Shown piece after piece: positions 11,161 to 20,969 of a stretch of DNA of 64,000 nucleotides. The notes beneath the pieces are model-generated. The model was given only the letters and a program-made list of their open reading frames with translations. It did not search any database and was not told where the DNA came from. Where the stretch lies: positions 96,001 to 160,000 of the forward strand of contig JANNBC010000024.1 in assembly GCA_031385045.1 (NCBI GenBank), in the 5' to 3' direction. The stretch is from a bacterium (GTDB lineage: Bacteria; Bdellovibrionota_C; UBA2361; CALJRW01). Each line of letters begins with the position of its first letter. Positions within the stretch are counted from its first letter, which is position 1. Position numbers and translations under genes: made by a program.

Positions 11161-13842
11161 TTAATTTACTATTATGTTGGCAAGCTTGACTGTCCCATCT
11201 TTAGGATTTTTAACTAAGATAAAGCGGTCTGCTAGGCTTACTGGGTGCAGGCTATCTTTTAGATTTTCCACAATCATTTGCTTTAGAAGCTCGTCATCAA
11301 TCTTTACATCAACCTCAATATTAGCTCTTTTTTTACCATTAACCTGAATCACAATATTAATTTTCTCTTGTTGCAGTAGTTGAGGATCAAAGCTTGGCCA
11401 TTTTGCTGTAACAATTGAATCTTTATTCCCTAGTAAGCACCATAGCTCTTCTGCTAAATGAGGAGCGTAAGGGGACAGTAAGATGGCAAATTCACCGGCA
11501 GATTTCTTAGAGAATTTTAAATTTGAAGTATTATTAAGAAATTCCATCATACTAGAAACTGGAGTATTAAATCTTAAATTTTCTAAATCAAGTGTAATTT
11601 TTTGAATTAAACCAGCTATTGATTTTTTAACTTGTAAATCTTCTTCTGCAGGTGGCACAAATTCTCCACGATTTGCTATGAAACTATAGGCCTTTTTTAA
11701 GAAGCGATTTACACCTGTAATTGCTTGTGAGTCCCAGGACTTTTGAGCTTCAAGGGGAGCCATAAACATTAAGAAGGTTCTTAGTGTATCTGCTCCGTAC
11801 TCATTAATAATCTCATCGGGAGTAACAACATTCCTTAAGGATTTAGACATTTTTGCCGTGATCCTTTCTACTTTTTCACCAGTAGAGATTTGAATAAATT
11901 CCCCAGAATCCGTTGTCTTTACTTCGTCAATTGCCACTAGAGCACCGCGCGAGTCCTTATAAGCAAAACTAGTTAGCATCCCTTGATTAAATAATCTTTG
12001 AAATGGTTCATTTGTTGTTACAAATCCTAAGTCAAAGAGAATTTTATGCCAGAAGCGGGCATACAGTAGGTGTAATACAGCATGTTCTGCACCTCCCACA
12101 TACAAGTCGACATTCATCCAGCTTTGCTCAAGATCTTTAGCCCAAGGTAAAGAACTATTTTTTGGATCGATAAAACGGAGGTAATACCAACAGGAGCCAG
12201 CCCACTGCGGCATAGTATTTGTTTCGCGACGGCCTTTCATGCCCGTCTTGGGACATATGACTTCTAGCCAATTTTCCGCTTTTGACAGAGGAGATTCTCC
12301 ATCAGCAGATGGTTTATAATCAGCAACTTCGGGAAGAACTAATGGTAGCTCCTGATCGCTTAAACCAGTAATAGTTCCATTCTCCCAGTGGATTATTGGA
12401 ATCGGCTCTCCCCAGTATCTTTGCCGTGAGAAAAGCCAATCACGTAATCGATAGTTAACAACTTGTCTTCCTTTTTGCTGAGTTTCTAACCATGTACAAA
12501 TCGTAGCTTTGGCGATTTCATTGGATTTATTACTTAATTCAAGTTCTTCAAATATTGGATCCTTGATTGCAATCATTTGACCTGGCTCAGTCCAGCAAAG
12601 ATTTTTAGCTAGGACCTGCTGTGCTTGTTCAGAATTTGCTGGGATAATTACAGGAATAATTTCCACAGCAAATTTTTTAGCAAATTCAAAATCGCGCTCA
12701 TCATGTGCTGGAACTCCCATCACCGCTCCAGTGCCATAATTCATTAAAACATAATCACCGATATAAAGTGGCACGGCTTGCTGATTAATTGGATTGATTA
12801 AGTGTGTCCCAGTGAAAACACCTGTTTTTTCACGATTTTCAATAGTTCTTGCTAGATCACTTAATTTACTTGCTTGCTGGCAGTATTCATTGACTGCCAA
12901 GGATTGCTCTTTAGTAGTTAATTCTGAAACAAGTGGATGTTCTGGAGAGATTACAAAAAATGTAACTCCAAAAAGTGTATCTGGTCTTGTCGTAAAAGCA
13001 GTTAGAATTAAATCTTGATCTTTAACTTGAAAATCAATCTCCGCACCATAGCGACGGCCAATCCAATTTCTTTGCTGATCTTTAATACTTTCTGGCCAAT
13101 TGATTTCTACTAAATCATTAATTAATCTTTCCGAGTATTTTGTAATTCTTAGTAGCCATTGACGCATTGGTTTTCGAATCACATCAAAACTACCTACTTC
13201 AGATTTACCATCAATTACTTCTTCATTAGAGAGGACCGTTCCAAGATCTGGACACCAATTAACCATGGCATAATCCATGTATGCTAATCTTTTACTATCA
13301 AGATATTTGGCAATTGCTAATTCTCCTGCTTGCGAAATATCAGCTGGAATTGGTAATTCAGAGATAGGCCTAGCTTTTTGAATTTCTTCATCAAACCAAG
13401 AATTATATATTTTTAGGAAAATCCATTGAGTCCATTGATAATATTCTGGATCGCAGGTGGCAATTTCTCTTTCCCAATCATATGAGAAGCCTAATCTTTT
13501 TAGCTGTTTTTTAAAAACTTCACAGTTTTGTTTAGTAAATTCTGCGGGATGATTTCCTGTTCGGATGGCATGTTGCTCGGCTGGTAAGCCAAAGGCATCA
13601 AAGCCCATTGGATGAAGTACGCTAAAGCCTTGTAAGCGCTTAAAGCGGGAATAGATATCTGTTCCAGTGTATCCTAATGGGTGTCCCATATGTAAACCAC
13701 TACCACTTGGATAAGGGAACATATCGAGCACGTAGGCTTTATTTTTACCAGCATTTTCCACTGGTACTTTGTATGGTTGAGATTCTTCCCAGCGGGACTG
13801 CCATTTTTCTTCTATTTCTTGGAAATTATATTCTTTTTGCAT
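11161..13842 (-). CDS. leuS: Leucine--tRNA ligase
   Basis: MFPYPSGSGLHMGH (HIGH), FTTRPDTLFG, DWLFSRQRYWGEPIP, KMSKS. Confidence 0.98.
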   Translation of the reverse strand: MQKEYNFQEIEEKWQSRWEESQPYKVPVENAGKNKAYVLDMFPYPSGSGLHMGHPLGYTGTDIYSRFKRLQGFSVLHPMGFDAFGLPAEQHAIRTGNHPAEFTKQNCEVFKKQLKRLGFSYDWEREIATCDPEYYQWTQWIFLKIYNSWFDEEIQKARPISELPIPADISQAGELAIAKYLDSKRLAYMDYAMVNWCPDLGTVLSNEEVIDGKSEVGSFDVIRKPMRQWLLRITKYSERLINDLVEINWPESIKDQQRNWIGRRYGAEIDFQVKDQDLILTAFTTRPDTLFGVTFFVISPEHPLVSELTTKEQSLAVNEYCQQASKLSDLARTIENREKTGVFTGTHLINPINQQAVPLYIGDYVLMNYGTGAVMGVPAHDERDFEFAKKFAVEIIPVIIPANSEQAQQVLAKNLCWTEPGQMIAIKDPIFEELELSNKSNEIAKATICTWLETQQKGRQVVNYRLRDWLFSRQRYWGEPIPIIHWENGTITGLSDQELPLVLPEVADYKPSADGESPLSKAENWLEVICPKTGMKGRRETNTMPQWAGSCWYYLRFIDPKNSSLPWAKDLEQSWMNVDLYVGGAEHAVLHLLYARFWHKILFDLGFVTTNEPFQRLFNQGMLTSFAYKDSRGALVAIDEVKTTDSGEFIQISTGEKVERITAKMSKSLRNVVTPDEIINEYGADTLRTFLMFMAPLEAQKSWDSQAITGVNRFLKKAYSFIANRGEFVPPAEEDLQVKKSIAGLIQKITLDLENLRFNTPVSSMMEFLNNTSNLKFSKKSAGEFAILLSPYAPHLAEELWCLLGNKDSIVTAKWPSFDPQLLQQEKINIVIQVNGKKRANIEVDVKIDDELLKQMIVENLKDSLHPVSLADRFILVKNPKDGTVKLANIIVN

Positions 13843-13994
13843 GATTAATCTGTATTTTTGATGATCTTCGAATGTCTAGTAATAGCAAAAATTTAATTAC
13901 TTTGCATCACTTGATAAAAGCTGAGAATTAAGTTAAAAATGCGTGGCTGAAATTAGGAACTTCTAAAGGAGGGATGAATTTTCTGCGAAATATT

Positions 13995-14029
13995 GGGGCA
14001 ATAGTTCAGCGGTTAGAACGCTCGCCTGT
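13995..14029 (+). repeat. Exact 35-nt copy of the 5' half of tRNA-Asp, followed by a hairpin
   Basis: Identical to 14120-14154; ends inside the anticodon (CT-GT); followed by a GAGTAAG...CTTACTC stem-loop. Confidence 0.9.
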
Positions 14030-14119
14030 TTGAGTAAGGCCTTACTAAAGTAAGTCTTACTCGGGAAAGTCGAGCATTTTGGCAAATGAATTACAACTTC
14101 ATAAAATATACTTAAACTT

Positions 14120-14195
14120 GGGGCAATAGTTCAGCGGTTAGAACGCTCGCCTGTCACGCGAGAGGTCGCGGGTTCGAATCCCGTTTGCCCCGCCA
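14120..14195 (+). tRNA. tRNA-Asp (GTC)
   Basis: GGGGCAATAGTTCAGCGGTTAGAACGCTCGCCT-GTC-ACGCGAGAGGTCGCGGGTTCGAATCCCGTTTGCCCCGCCA, 76 nt. Confidence 0.96.
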
Positions 14196-14241
14196 ATTTA
14201 TTTGGCATAATGCTAGGTAGGGATTCGAACCCTGCCCCAGT

Positions 14242-14274
14242 CTATCAGCCGAAGCTTTAGCGAAGGTGGATAGG
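14242..14274 (+). repeat. REP-like palindrome, copy 2
   Basis: CTATC-AGCCGAAGC-TTTA-GCGAAGGTG-GATAG. Confidence 0.55.
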
Positions 14275-14315
14275 GAAGAAACTGCGAATCCTAAATTTGC
14301 GAAGCAAATTTAACT

Positions 14316-14333
14316 CGTTTGCCCCGCCAATTT
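14316..14333 (+). repeat. 18-nt direct repeat of the tRNA-Asp 3' end (att-like fragment)
   Basis: CGTTTGCCCCGCCAATTT, identical to 14182-14199. Confidence 0.85.
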
Positions 14334-14496
14334 TGTAATAGGGTAGGTCAGAAGCTGACATTATCAAACAAATTTGGCAGATAGATTTAGGTAAATTTTC
14401 GTTTTTCTATATCTCTTGATATAGTATATAAAAAATTGTCGAACTTATTTTCTCAAATAATTTATTGAAATTATTTGAGAAGAGAAGTGGACTTGT

Positions 14497-14569
14497 GGGC
14501 CCATAGCTCAGCTGGGAGAGCGCCTGCCTTGCACGCAGGAGGTCATCAGTTCGATCCTGATTGGGTCCA
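14497..14569 (+). tRNA. tRNA-Ala (TGC), CCA not encoded
   Basis: GGGCCCATAGCTCAGCTGGGAGAGCGCCTGCCT-TGC-ACGCAGGAGGTCATCAGTTCGATCCTGATTGGGTCCA; G3:U70 pair; followed by CTC. Confidence 0.95.
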
Positions 14570-14626
14570 CTCTCTTTTTTTCTTTGCTAAATCCTTTTCT
14601 GAACTTTTCCCCACAGTTATAGCTAT

Positions 14627-15994
14627 TTGAACTCTTTAGTTTATTTCCCGCAGTTATTAAATCAGTGTGAGCGATTAATAAGTAATCCTAATGTTACATT
14701 TTTAGCTAGTGCTTTAGGTGCTACTTCTAAATTACATCTTGTTGGTGGTGCTATTAGAAATCTCGCTTTAGATCTTCCCACACGAGACTTAGATTTTGCA
14801 ACAATCCTTACGCCTCAAGAAGTTTTTAAAGCATGTCAGAAAGCTAAGATTTCTGTTTATTCTACTGGCTTAGCGCATGGCACAGTGACTGCTAATATTG
14901 GCGGAGAAAACTATGAAATCACAACATTCCGTCAGCCTGGTAATCGCGAATCGGAAATTTTTTCAAAAGAAATTGCGATTGACTTAGCAGGGCGTGATTT
15001 TACTTTAAACGCCGTAGCTTACGATCTTGCTAATAAGCAAATCATTGATCCTTTTGAAGGATTAAAAGATTTAGCTAATAAGATGCTTAAAGCAGTGACA
15101 GATCCTAAGATTCGTTTTGCTGAAGATCCACTGCGTGTTCTGCGAATGATTCGAATTGCTGCGGAAGTGGAAGTAGATATTGATCCGGAAACTTTTAATG
15201 TTGCCAAAAATTACTTATTAGAGCTGCGCAGAGTTAGCCCGGAGCGGATTCGTGTTGAGTTAGAGAAAATCTTGCTAACAAACCGCACCAGAATTGCTTT
15301 TAACCAGATGTTAGAGTTAGGAGTTCTGGCTGAGATTCTTCCTGAAATGTTACCTGCTGTTGGTTTTGAGCAGAATGATTTTCATCATGAAGATGTTTAT
15401 AATCATCTGCTAAGTGTTGTTGAACAGTCAGCACCTGAATTAAAAGTTCGCTTGGCTGCTTTATTCCATGACTTTGGTAAGCCTCATACACTTACGATTG
15501 GCGAAGACGGTAGGAGACATTTTTTTAATCATGAAAAAATTAGTACAGAGCTTTGTATCAAGATCATGGAGCGACTAAGATTTTCCAAGAATATGGTTAG
15601 ATCTGTCAGTCGAATTGTAGCTTTTCATATGAGACCTTTAAGCTGTGGGGCTGCTGGTGCTCGGCGCTTAATCCGAGATCTAGAAGATGATTTTGAAGAT
15701 TGGTTTAAACATAAGCAAGCAGATTATTCTGCTAAATTTGATATTGAAGAGTTTCAAGATGGGCAAAAGAAATTTCTAGAAATAATTGAGGTTGAAAAAC
15801 AACGACAAGCTTCCCCAGTCTATGGTAATCTGGCAATCAATGGAGATGATCTAATTAGCCTCGGAGTTTTACCTGGTAAAGAAATTGGTCGCATCCTTTC
15901 GATTATAAAAGAGGAGTTAATGGATAATCCTGATTTGAATCAAAGAGATATTTTATTAAATAAAGCTAAAGAGCTGATTTCCAGTAATCAATGA
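14627..15994 (+). CDS. cca: CCA tRNA nucleotidyltransferase with HD domain
   Basis: LVGGAIRN, DLDFAT, EITTFR, RDFTLNA, EDPLRVLR, VSPERI, LFHDFGKP. Confidence 0.9.
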   Translation: MNSLVYFPQLLNQCERLISNPNVTFLASALGATSKLHLVGGAIRNLALDLPTRDLDFATILTPQEVFKACQKAKISVYSTGLAHGTVTANIGGENYEITTFRQPGNRESEIFSKEIAIDLAGRDFTLNAVAYDLANKQIIDPFEGLKDLANKMLKAVTDPKIRFAEDPLRVLRMIRIAAEVEVDIDPETFNVAKNYLLELRRVSPERIRVELEKILLTNRTRIAFNQMLELGVLAEILPEMLPAVGFEQNDFHHEDVYNHLLSVVEQSAPELKVRLAALFHDFGKPHTLTIGEDGRRHFFNHEKISTELCIKIMERLRFSKNMVRSVSRIVAFHMRPLSCGAAGARRLIRDLEDDFEDWFKHKQADYSAKFDIEEFQDGQKKFLEIIEVEKQRQASPVYGNLAINGDDLISLGVLPGKEIGRILSIIKEELMDNPDLNQRDILLNKAKELISSNQ

Positions 15995-16398
15995 AACAGA
16001 CTATTTATTGCCTTCTCTTATCCTGCGTTATTTTAGCCTTATATCCTTTCCATGCTGATTTAATTTGGGTGCCAGCTAGAAATTTTGAAACTAGTTTTCA
16101 GGAACTAGCTAATAAAAAGCTAGCCCCCAAGTTTAGACTTCAATTTGATTTAGGTGATTTTGCCGTAAATGATATTGACTCTGCTAAAATTAATAACCCC
16201 TTAAGGATTTTAGAATTACTTCGAGAATCAGGGGTATTTCAGAGAAAGTCGTCTGTTAAAAATCCCTACTTTAAGGTGAAACTAGCACTTAATCAGCAAG
16301 ATTTTACTTCGGAGCTAACTTACAATCAGTTTCAAGCTAATATGCCCGCTCAATTGGCTGTAAATTTATTAGTTACTCAGGGTCTCTTGATTCCTTAG
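15991..16398 (+). CDS. Hypothetical exported protein
   Basis: ATGA overlap with the cca stop; hydrophobic N-terminus. Confidence 0.6.
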   Translation: MKQTIYCLLLSCVILALYPFHADLIWVPARNFETSFQELANKKLAPKFRLQFDLGDFAVNDIDSAKINNPLRILELLRESGVFQRKSSVKNPYFKVKLALNQQDFTSELTYNQFQANMPAQLAVNLLVTQGLLIP

Positions 16399-16467
16399 AC
16401 TGGCTAACTTATTAAAAAGTTATCTCCTCATTGTGAGGAAGGCATTTGCCAGCTAGTCTAATCCATT

Positions 16468-17097
16468 ATGAATACAAAAATTAATCTACTCTTATTATTA
16501 GTTTTATTAGTGATTGCACCTTTTACTTCTATTAATGCAGAAGAGACGGAACAGCCAAACCCTGAGGGAGAAAAGCCAGCCTTTGCAACTTTCGCAGGAG
16601 GTTGCTTTTGGTGTTTGCAGTCTACATTTAATGTGACTCCAGGAGTTATTCAAACGGTAGTTGGATATTCTGGTGGTGATGAAAAAAATCCTACATATAA
16701 GCAAGTTTCATATGGTCAAACAGCACACCGCGAAAGTATCCAAGTAAAATATTTTCCTAGTAAAGTAAGTTATCACCAGTTACTACACAACTTTTTTTTA
16801 GAGCATGATCCTTATGACGGAGGCGGTCAATTTTGTGATCGTGGAGATCATTACCGTCCGGCTGCTTTTTATCATAATCCAGAACAGCAAAAAGAAATTA
16901 TGGAATATATCGCTAAGTTAGAAAATAGTGACAAAGTTAAAACTCAAGTTCTAGCATACAAAAGTTTTTATCCAGCAGAAGAATATCATCAGGATTTTTA
17001 TAAGAAAAACCCGGAACATTATTCTAGATATCGTGAGGGTTGTGGACGCGATCAAAGACTACAAGAGATTTGGAAGGACAAAGCAAAGTCACACTAA
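16468..17097 (+). CDS. msrA: Peptide-methionine (S)-S-oxide reductase with signal peptide
   Basis: AGGCFWC, GYSGG, GQFCDRG, FYPAEEYHQDFY. Confidence 0.95.
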   Translation: MNTKINLLLLLVLLVIAPFTSINAEETEQPNPEGEKPAFATFAGGCFWCLQSTFNVTPGVIQTVVGYSGGDEKNPTYKQVSYGQTAHRESIQVKYFPSKVSYHQLLHNFFLEHDPYDGGGQFCDRGDHYRPAAFYHNPEQQKEIMEYIAKLENSDKVKTQVLAYKSFYPAEEYHQDFYKKNPEHYSRYREGCGRDQRLQEIWKDKAKSH

Positions 17098-17131
17098 GAT
17101 TTTCCTAAATTAGCTAAGAATCTTTTACATG

Positions 17132-18139
17132 TTAAATCTTTTTAATTTTTTCGATTATTCTTAATTGCTCAATAATTTCTGCCGGTTTGATATAACTGTC
17201 GGCTTCTCCTTTAATCGCTAAAGCTAAATTATTAAAAAGTTCCATCCAGTTTCCAGTTTCAGATGTGACTTGGCTAACTGACTCAAAACCATTTAATTTG
17301 CTTCTTATTACTCCCCGAAACTCTTCTGACTCTTTTCCGAACTGAGGGTTTTTTGGCCAGATTCCTAATTTTAACTGGTCCTCCTGAGGATCAATTCCAT
17401 ATTTAATGAATGATCCATTTGTACCTTGTATTTTGTAACGCGGTCCTAGTTCTTTGGCCATTAGACTAGATTTTAAAGTAACTTTTAAATTGGAATAATC
17501 TAATTGCAAGTTAAAAGCATCATCTATGATGGAGTTTGCTCGCTCAGTAAAGACATTTCCACTATAATTTAACGGAATACCAAATAGGCAAATTACTTGA
17601 TCAATTAAGTGTGCACCTAAGTCATAGAGTATCCCACTTCCAGGGCTGGCTTCTTCTTTCCACTGCTTGGGATTTAGAGCTGGTTTAAAACGTTCGTAAC
17701 TCGCTTCAAAGGAAAGTATCTCACCTAAGATTTTTGATTGTAGAATTTTACAAATTGTTAGAAAGTCACTATCGAAGCGGCGATTTTGAAAAGTATAAAG
17801 TATTTTTCCATTGGCCTTAGAAAGTGCAAGTAGCTCTTCGGCCTCAGTCACTGTCGTGGTCATTGGTTTTTCAATCAGTACATGCTTCCTGGACAGCAAG
17901 GCTTTCTTAGCATACTGATAGTGTGTTGCATTTGGTGAGCAGATAGAGATTAGATCAATTCTTGGATCGTTTAATAAATTATCGATACTCTCAAGCTTAG
18001 CAACATTTGGAAAAAGCTCATTGGATATTTCTTGACTGGTGATAATTGCCTTTAAATTAAAAGCATTGTGCACCATAAAAAAGGGAGCTTGTAGGTAGCG
18101 GCCAGAAAGTCCAAAGCCTACTAGGCCAACATTAATCAT
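17132..18139 (-). CDS. Gfo/Idh/MocA family oxidoreductase (YdgJ-like)
   Basis: GLVGFGLSG, HVLIEKP, FQNRRFDSDF, LYDLGAHLID. Confidence 0.92.
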   Translation of the reverse strand: MINVGLVGFGLSGRYLQAPFFMVHNAFNLKAIITSQEISNELFPNVAKLESIDNLLNDPRIDLISICSPNATHYQYAKKALLSRKHVLIEKPMTTTVTEAEELLALSKANGKILYTFQNRRFDSDFLTICKILQSKILGEILSFEASYERFKPALNPKQWKEEASPGSGILYDLGAHLIDQVICLFGIPLNYSGNVFTERANSIIDDAFNLQLDYSNLKVTLKSSLMAKELGPRYKIQGTNGSFIKYGIDPQEDQLKLGIWPKNPQFGKESEEFRGVIRSKLNGFESVSQVTSETGNWMELFNNLALAIKGEADSYIKPAEIIEQLRIIEKIKKI

Positions 18140-19025
18140 TTTTTAAAGCTGCAATTCTCTCAGCTAAAGCTGGATGTGTTGAAAAGAAACTAATAAATTT
18201 ACTTTTATTGGAATTATCTGAGATTTGTAGGCTTGCGATTGCTTCAGTTCTTTTATCTGGAATAATCTGTCCTTTAATTTTTTGTAGTGCTTCAAGAGCC
18301 GCAATCATTTTATCTTTACCGACAAGGTGGCCGCTTCCACTATCCGCTCGAAATTCCCGTTTTCGTGAAAACCAAGCGACAACAGTTGATCCCAAAATTC
18401 CAAATAAAATTTGAAGTACAATGACACTGATAAAATGCACAATTCCTTTTAAGTCATCTTTAACAGCTTGGGATACGCCGTAGGCAATAATTCTGGAAAG
18501 AAACATAACAAAAGCGTTAATCACACCTTGAATCAGAGTCATTGTCACCATGTCACCATTTTTGATGTGCGAGATTTCATGAGCCATAACACCTTCAATT
18601 TCATTTTTACTCATGAAGCTTAGTAGGCCAGTTGAGACAGCAACTAATGATTTTGATTTAGATGGCCCAGTGGCAAAGGCATTAACATCGGCACTAGGGA
18701 AAATACCCACTTCGGGCATCGCAGGTAATTTTGCTTGACGGGCAATGTTGTGAATCATATCAACTAACCATTGATACTCTTGGGCATTTCGAGGATCCAA
18801 GACTTGAACCCCCATCATTTTTTTTGCCATCCAACGACTTAATGCCAAGGAGATAAAAGATCCCACCATACCCCAGACTAAGCAAAGAATAATTAGGGAG
18901 CGATAATCAATTCCTTTCGCTGTTAAGTATCCTGAAACACCAAATAGGTTCATTACAATTGTTACAACTGTAAGAACTAGAATGTTAGTTAAAATAAAAA
19001 GACCAATTCTTTTAAACATTTTCAA
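18132..19025 (-). CDS. htpX: Membrane zinc protease HtpX
   Basis: NAFATG, AHEISHIKNGDMVT (HEXXH), FSRKREFRAD, STHP. Confidence 0.95.
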   Translation of the reverse strand: MKMFKRIGLFILTNILVLTVVTIVMNLFGVSGYLTAKGIDYRSLIILCLVWGMVGSFISLALSRWMAKKMMGVQVLDPRNAQEYQWLVDMIHNIARQAKLPAMPEVGIFPSADVNAFATGPSKSKSLVAVSTGLLSFMSKNEIEGVMAHEISHIKNGDMVTMTLIQGVINAFVMFLSRIIAYGVSQAVKDDLKGIVHFISVIVLQILFGILGSTVVAWFSRKREFRADSGSGHLVGKDKMIAALEALQKIKGQIIPDKRTEAIASLQISDNSNKSKFISFFSTHPALAERIAALKND

Positions 19026-19143
19026 TTATCTTAGGTAAAATTTATCTTTAATAGGGAGCCTCTCAGCTGTGGTTCTGAATAACATTATATTAATTACTCA
19101 TATTAAGAGTTTCAAGGGGAAAGGACAATGTTACTCTCTAGCA

Positions 19144-20136
19144 TTAAGATTTTTTAGTTTTTTTCACTTTATTTTCTAGAGCCTGAGCAATTTCTAGTTC
19201 GGATCGCTCTGTGTATCTCATCGTTATTTTAACATCTCCATGGCCTAGTGCTTGAGAAACAAGACGAATATCTTTGGAGCTATCTAGTAATTCCATCGCA
19301 AAAGTATGTCGAAGTAGGTGTGGGTGCAGAGAGATTTCTGAACTAAATTCATTAATTGCTCGCCAGAGAGTTTTTGATCCCATTAAAAAACTTTGCGGAT
19401 CAAGTAAATCTACTTTGTATGTACTAATGAATAGCGGGAGTTTTTGATCGATTTGATTAGGGAGTTTTTTGAAGTATTTTCCTAATTCTTGATGACGACG
19501 ATTTAAATAGGGAATTAGGATTTCTTGGATCTTAGAGTTTAAATAAACATTCCGATAACGCTTCCCTTTAGTCCGAACATTTTTAATCCAAGAAACATCG
19601 TCATCAATTTGAGACATTCGAAGCAGTCGAACCTCATCAGCCCTTAGACCAGTTTCAAGTAAAAAGCATAAGATTATTTGATTCCGATAGCGAATGAAGG
19701 AGTTCTTATGATTGATTCGACTGAGTGCCTTTTCAAAAATATTTCCAAGCTCCTCTGTTGAAAGTGACTTGGGTGTAGGAGTTTGAACTTTTGGAGTTTT
19801 TAGTTCTTTAGTGGGATTTTTAAAGTTGGGTAGTTGATCCGCTAGGGTTCTCCCACAGTGTTTTAGGGTTGCCAAGCGACGAGAGACGGTTGCTGGACTT
19901 TCCACTAACAAACATTCTTCGGCAAATTGTAGGCTGCTTGAGTGATCCCAGTCAGCCAGCTTTAATTTATCAGACTTGGAGTAACCTTTAATATTTGTTA
20001 GAAATGCGATAAACTTTTTTAAATCTAAGCGTTTAGCTTTAGCAGTGTGGGAAGAGCCTGAGGCATAGTAATTTAGATAATAATCAATTACGTTTTTTAG
20101 GGAATTCTGATTTATTTCTGTTAAGTTAAGCGACAT
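19144..20136 (-). CDS. Tyrosine recombinase, XerC/XerD-like
   Basis: SPATVSRRLATL, TGLRADE, HPHLLRHTFA, LGH, TMRY catalytic motifs. Confidence 0.88.
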   Translation of the reverse strand: MSLNLTEINQNSLKNVIDYYLNYYASGSSHTAKAKRLDLKKFIAFLTNIKGYSKSDKLKLADWDHSSSLQFAEECLLVESPATVSRRLATLKHCGRTLADQLPNFKNPTKELKTPKVQTPTPKSLSTEELGNIFEKALSRINHKNSFIRYRNQIILCFLLETGLRADEVRLLRMSQIDDDVSWIKNVRTKGKRYRNVYLNSKIQEILIPYLNRRHQELGKYFKKLPNQIDQKLPLFISTYKVDLLDPQSFLMGSKTLWRAINEFSSEISLHPHLLRHTFAMELLDSSKDIRLVSQALGHGDVKITMRYTERSELEIAQALENKVKKTKKS

Positions 20137-20139
20137 ACA

Positions 20140-20151
20140 TTATAATTATAA
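20140..20151. promoter_or_regulatory. Palindrome TTATAATTATAA with TATAAT on both strands, between divergent genes
   Basis: 20-bp intergenic region; TATAAT lies 8-10 nt before each start codon; no Shine-Dalgarno sequence in the spacer. Confidence 0.5.
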
Positions 20152-20156
20152 GTCCG

Positions 20157-20969
20157 ATGAGCTTTACACAAAAGTCCCTTTTAATCTGTCCACCTGATCA
20201 TTTTGATGTGATTTATGAAATCAACGCCTGGATGAATGTTGAGCAGAAGCCTAATCACTCCATAGCTCGAGAGCAATGGCACCAATATGAAAATATTTTA
20301 GCGATGCTTGATTTTGATTTATATTACCTAGAGCCACAACTAGGTGTGCCAGATTTAGTATTTACAGCTAATCATGGCTTAGTTCGTGGGAATAAAGTTG
20401 TTTTAGCCAAGATGAAACATCAAGAAAGGCAACTAGAGGAGCCTTATTATAGCAAATGGTTCCAAGATGCTGGATTAGAAATTTATACCCCCCAGAAAGG
20501 ATTTTACGAAGGAGAAGGAGATTCCTTTATTATTGGTGATACACTGTATTATGGACATGGATTTAGAAGTGAGACTCCCGTTGCTGAGGAAATTAAAGAT
20601 TTCCTAGGCCTTTCCAAAATTATTTATGTCAAATTAACTGATCCGTATTTTTATCATTTCGATACTTGCTTTACTCCCTTAGGGAAAGATTTGGTGATGC
20701 TCTATGAGGGGGCAATCGCTAGTGAAAGCCTAGCTGCAATTAAGCAGGAAATGGAAGTGATTAGTGTGTCTAAGGAAGAAGCCCATCGCTTCTGTTGTAA
20801 TGCGGTTGTTTCTGGAAAAGATATTGTGATGCCAGAAGGTTGTTTTCAGGTTTATTTAGAGTTAGCTAATAGGGGTTATAGTCCATACCAAGTTCAATTA
20901 AACCAGTATTTAAAAGCTGGAGGAGCAGCAAAGTGTCTTTGTTTAAAGCTTTACAATGATTTAAGTTAA
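20157..20969 (+). CDS. Dimethylarginine dimethylaminohydrolase / amidinotransferase family protein
   Basis: YEINAWM, PDLVFTANHG, EGEGD, FYHFDTCF, KAGGAAKC. Confidence 0.88.
   Translation: MSFTQKSLLICPPDHFDVIYEINAWMNVEQKPNHSIAREQWHQYENILAMLDFDLYYLEPQLGVPDLVFTANHGLVRGNKVVLAKMKHQERQLEEPYYSKWFQDAGLEIYTPQKGFYEGEGDSFIIGDTLYYGHGFRSETPVAEEIKDFLGLSKIIYVKLTDPYFYHFDTCFTPLGKDLVMLYEGAIASESLAAIKQEMEVISVSKEEAHRFCCNAVVSGKDIVMPEGCFQVYLELANRGYSPYQVQLNQYLKAGGAAKCLCLKLYNDLS

Noticed and set aside
13995..14195. Group I intron in the tRNA-Asp anticodon
   Set aside because: The intervening ~90 nt is too short for a group I core and is followed by a complete tRNA rather than a 3' exon.
19144..20136. Prophage or ICE integrase
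   Set aside because: It is flanked by housekeeping genes, with no phage, conjugation or att features nearby.
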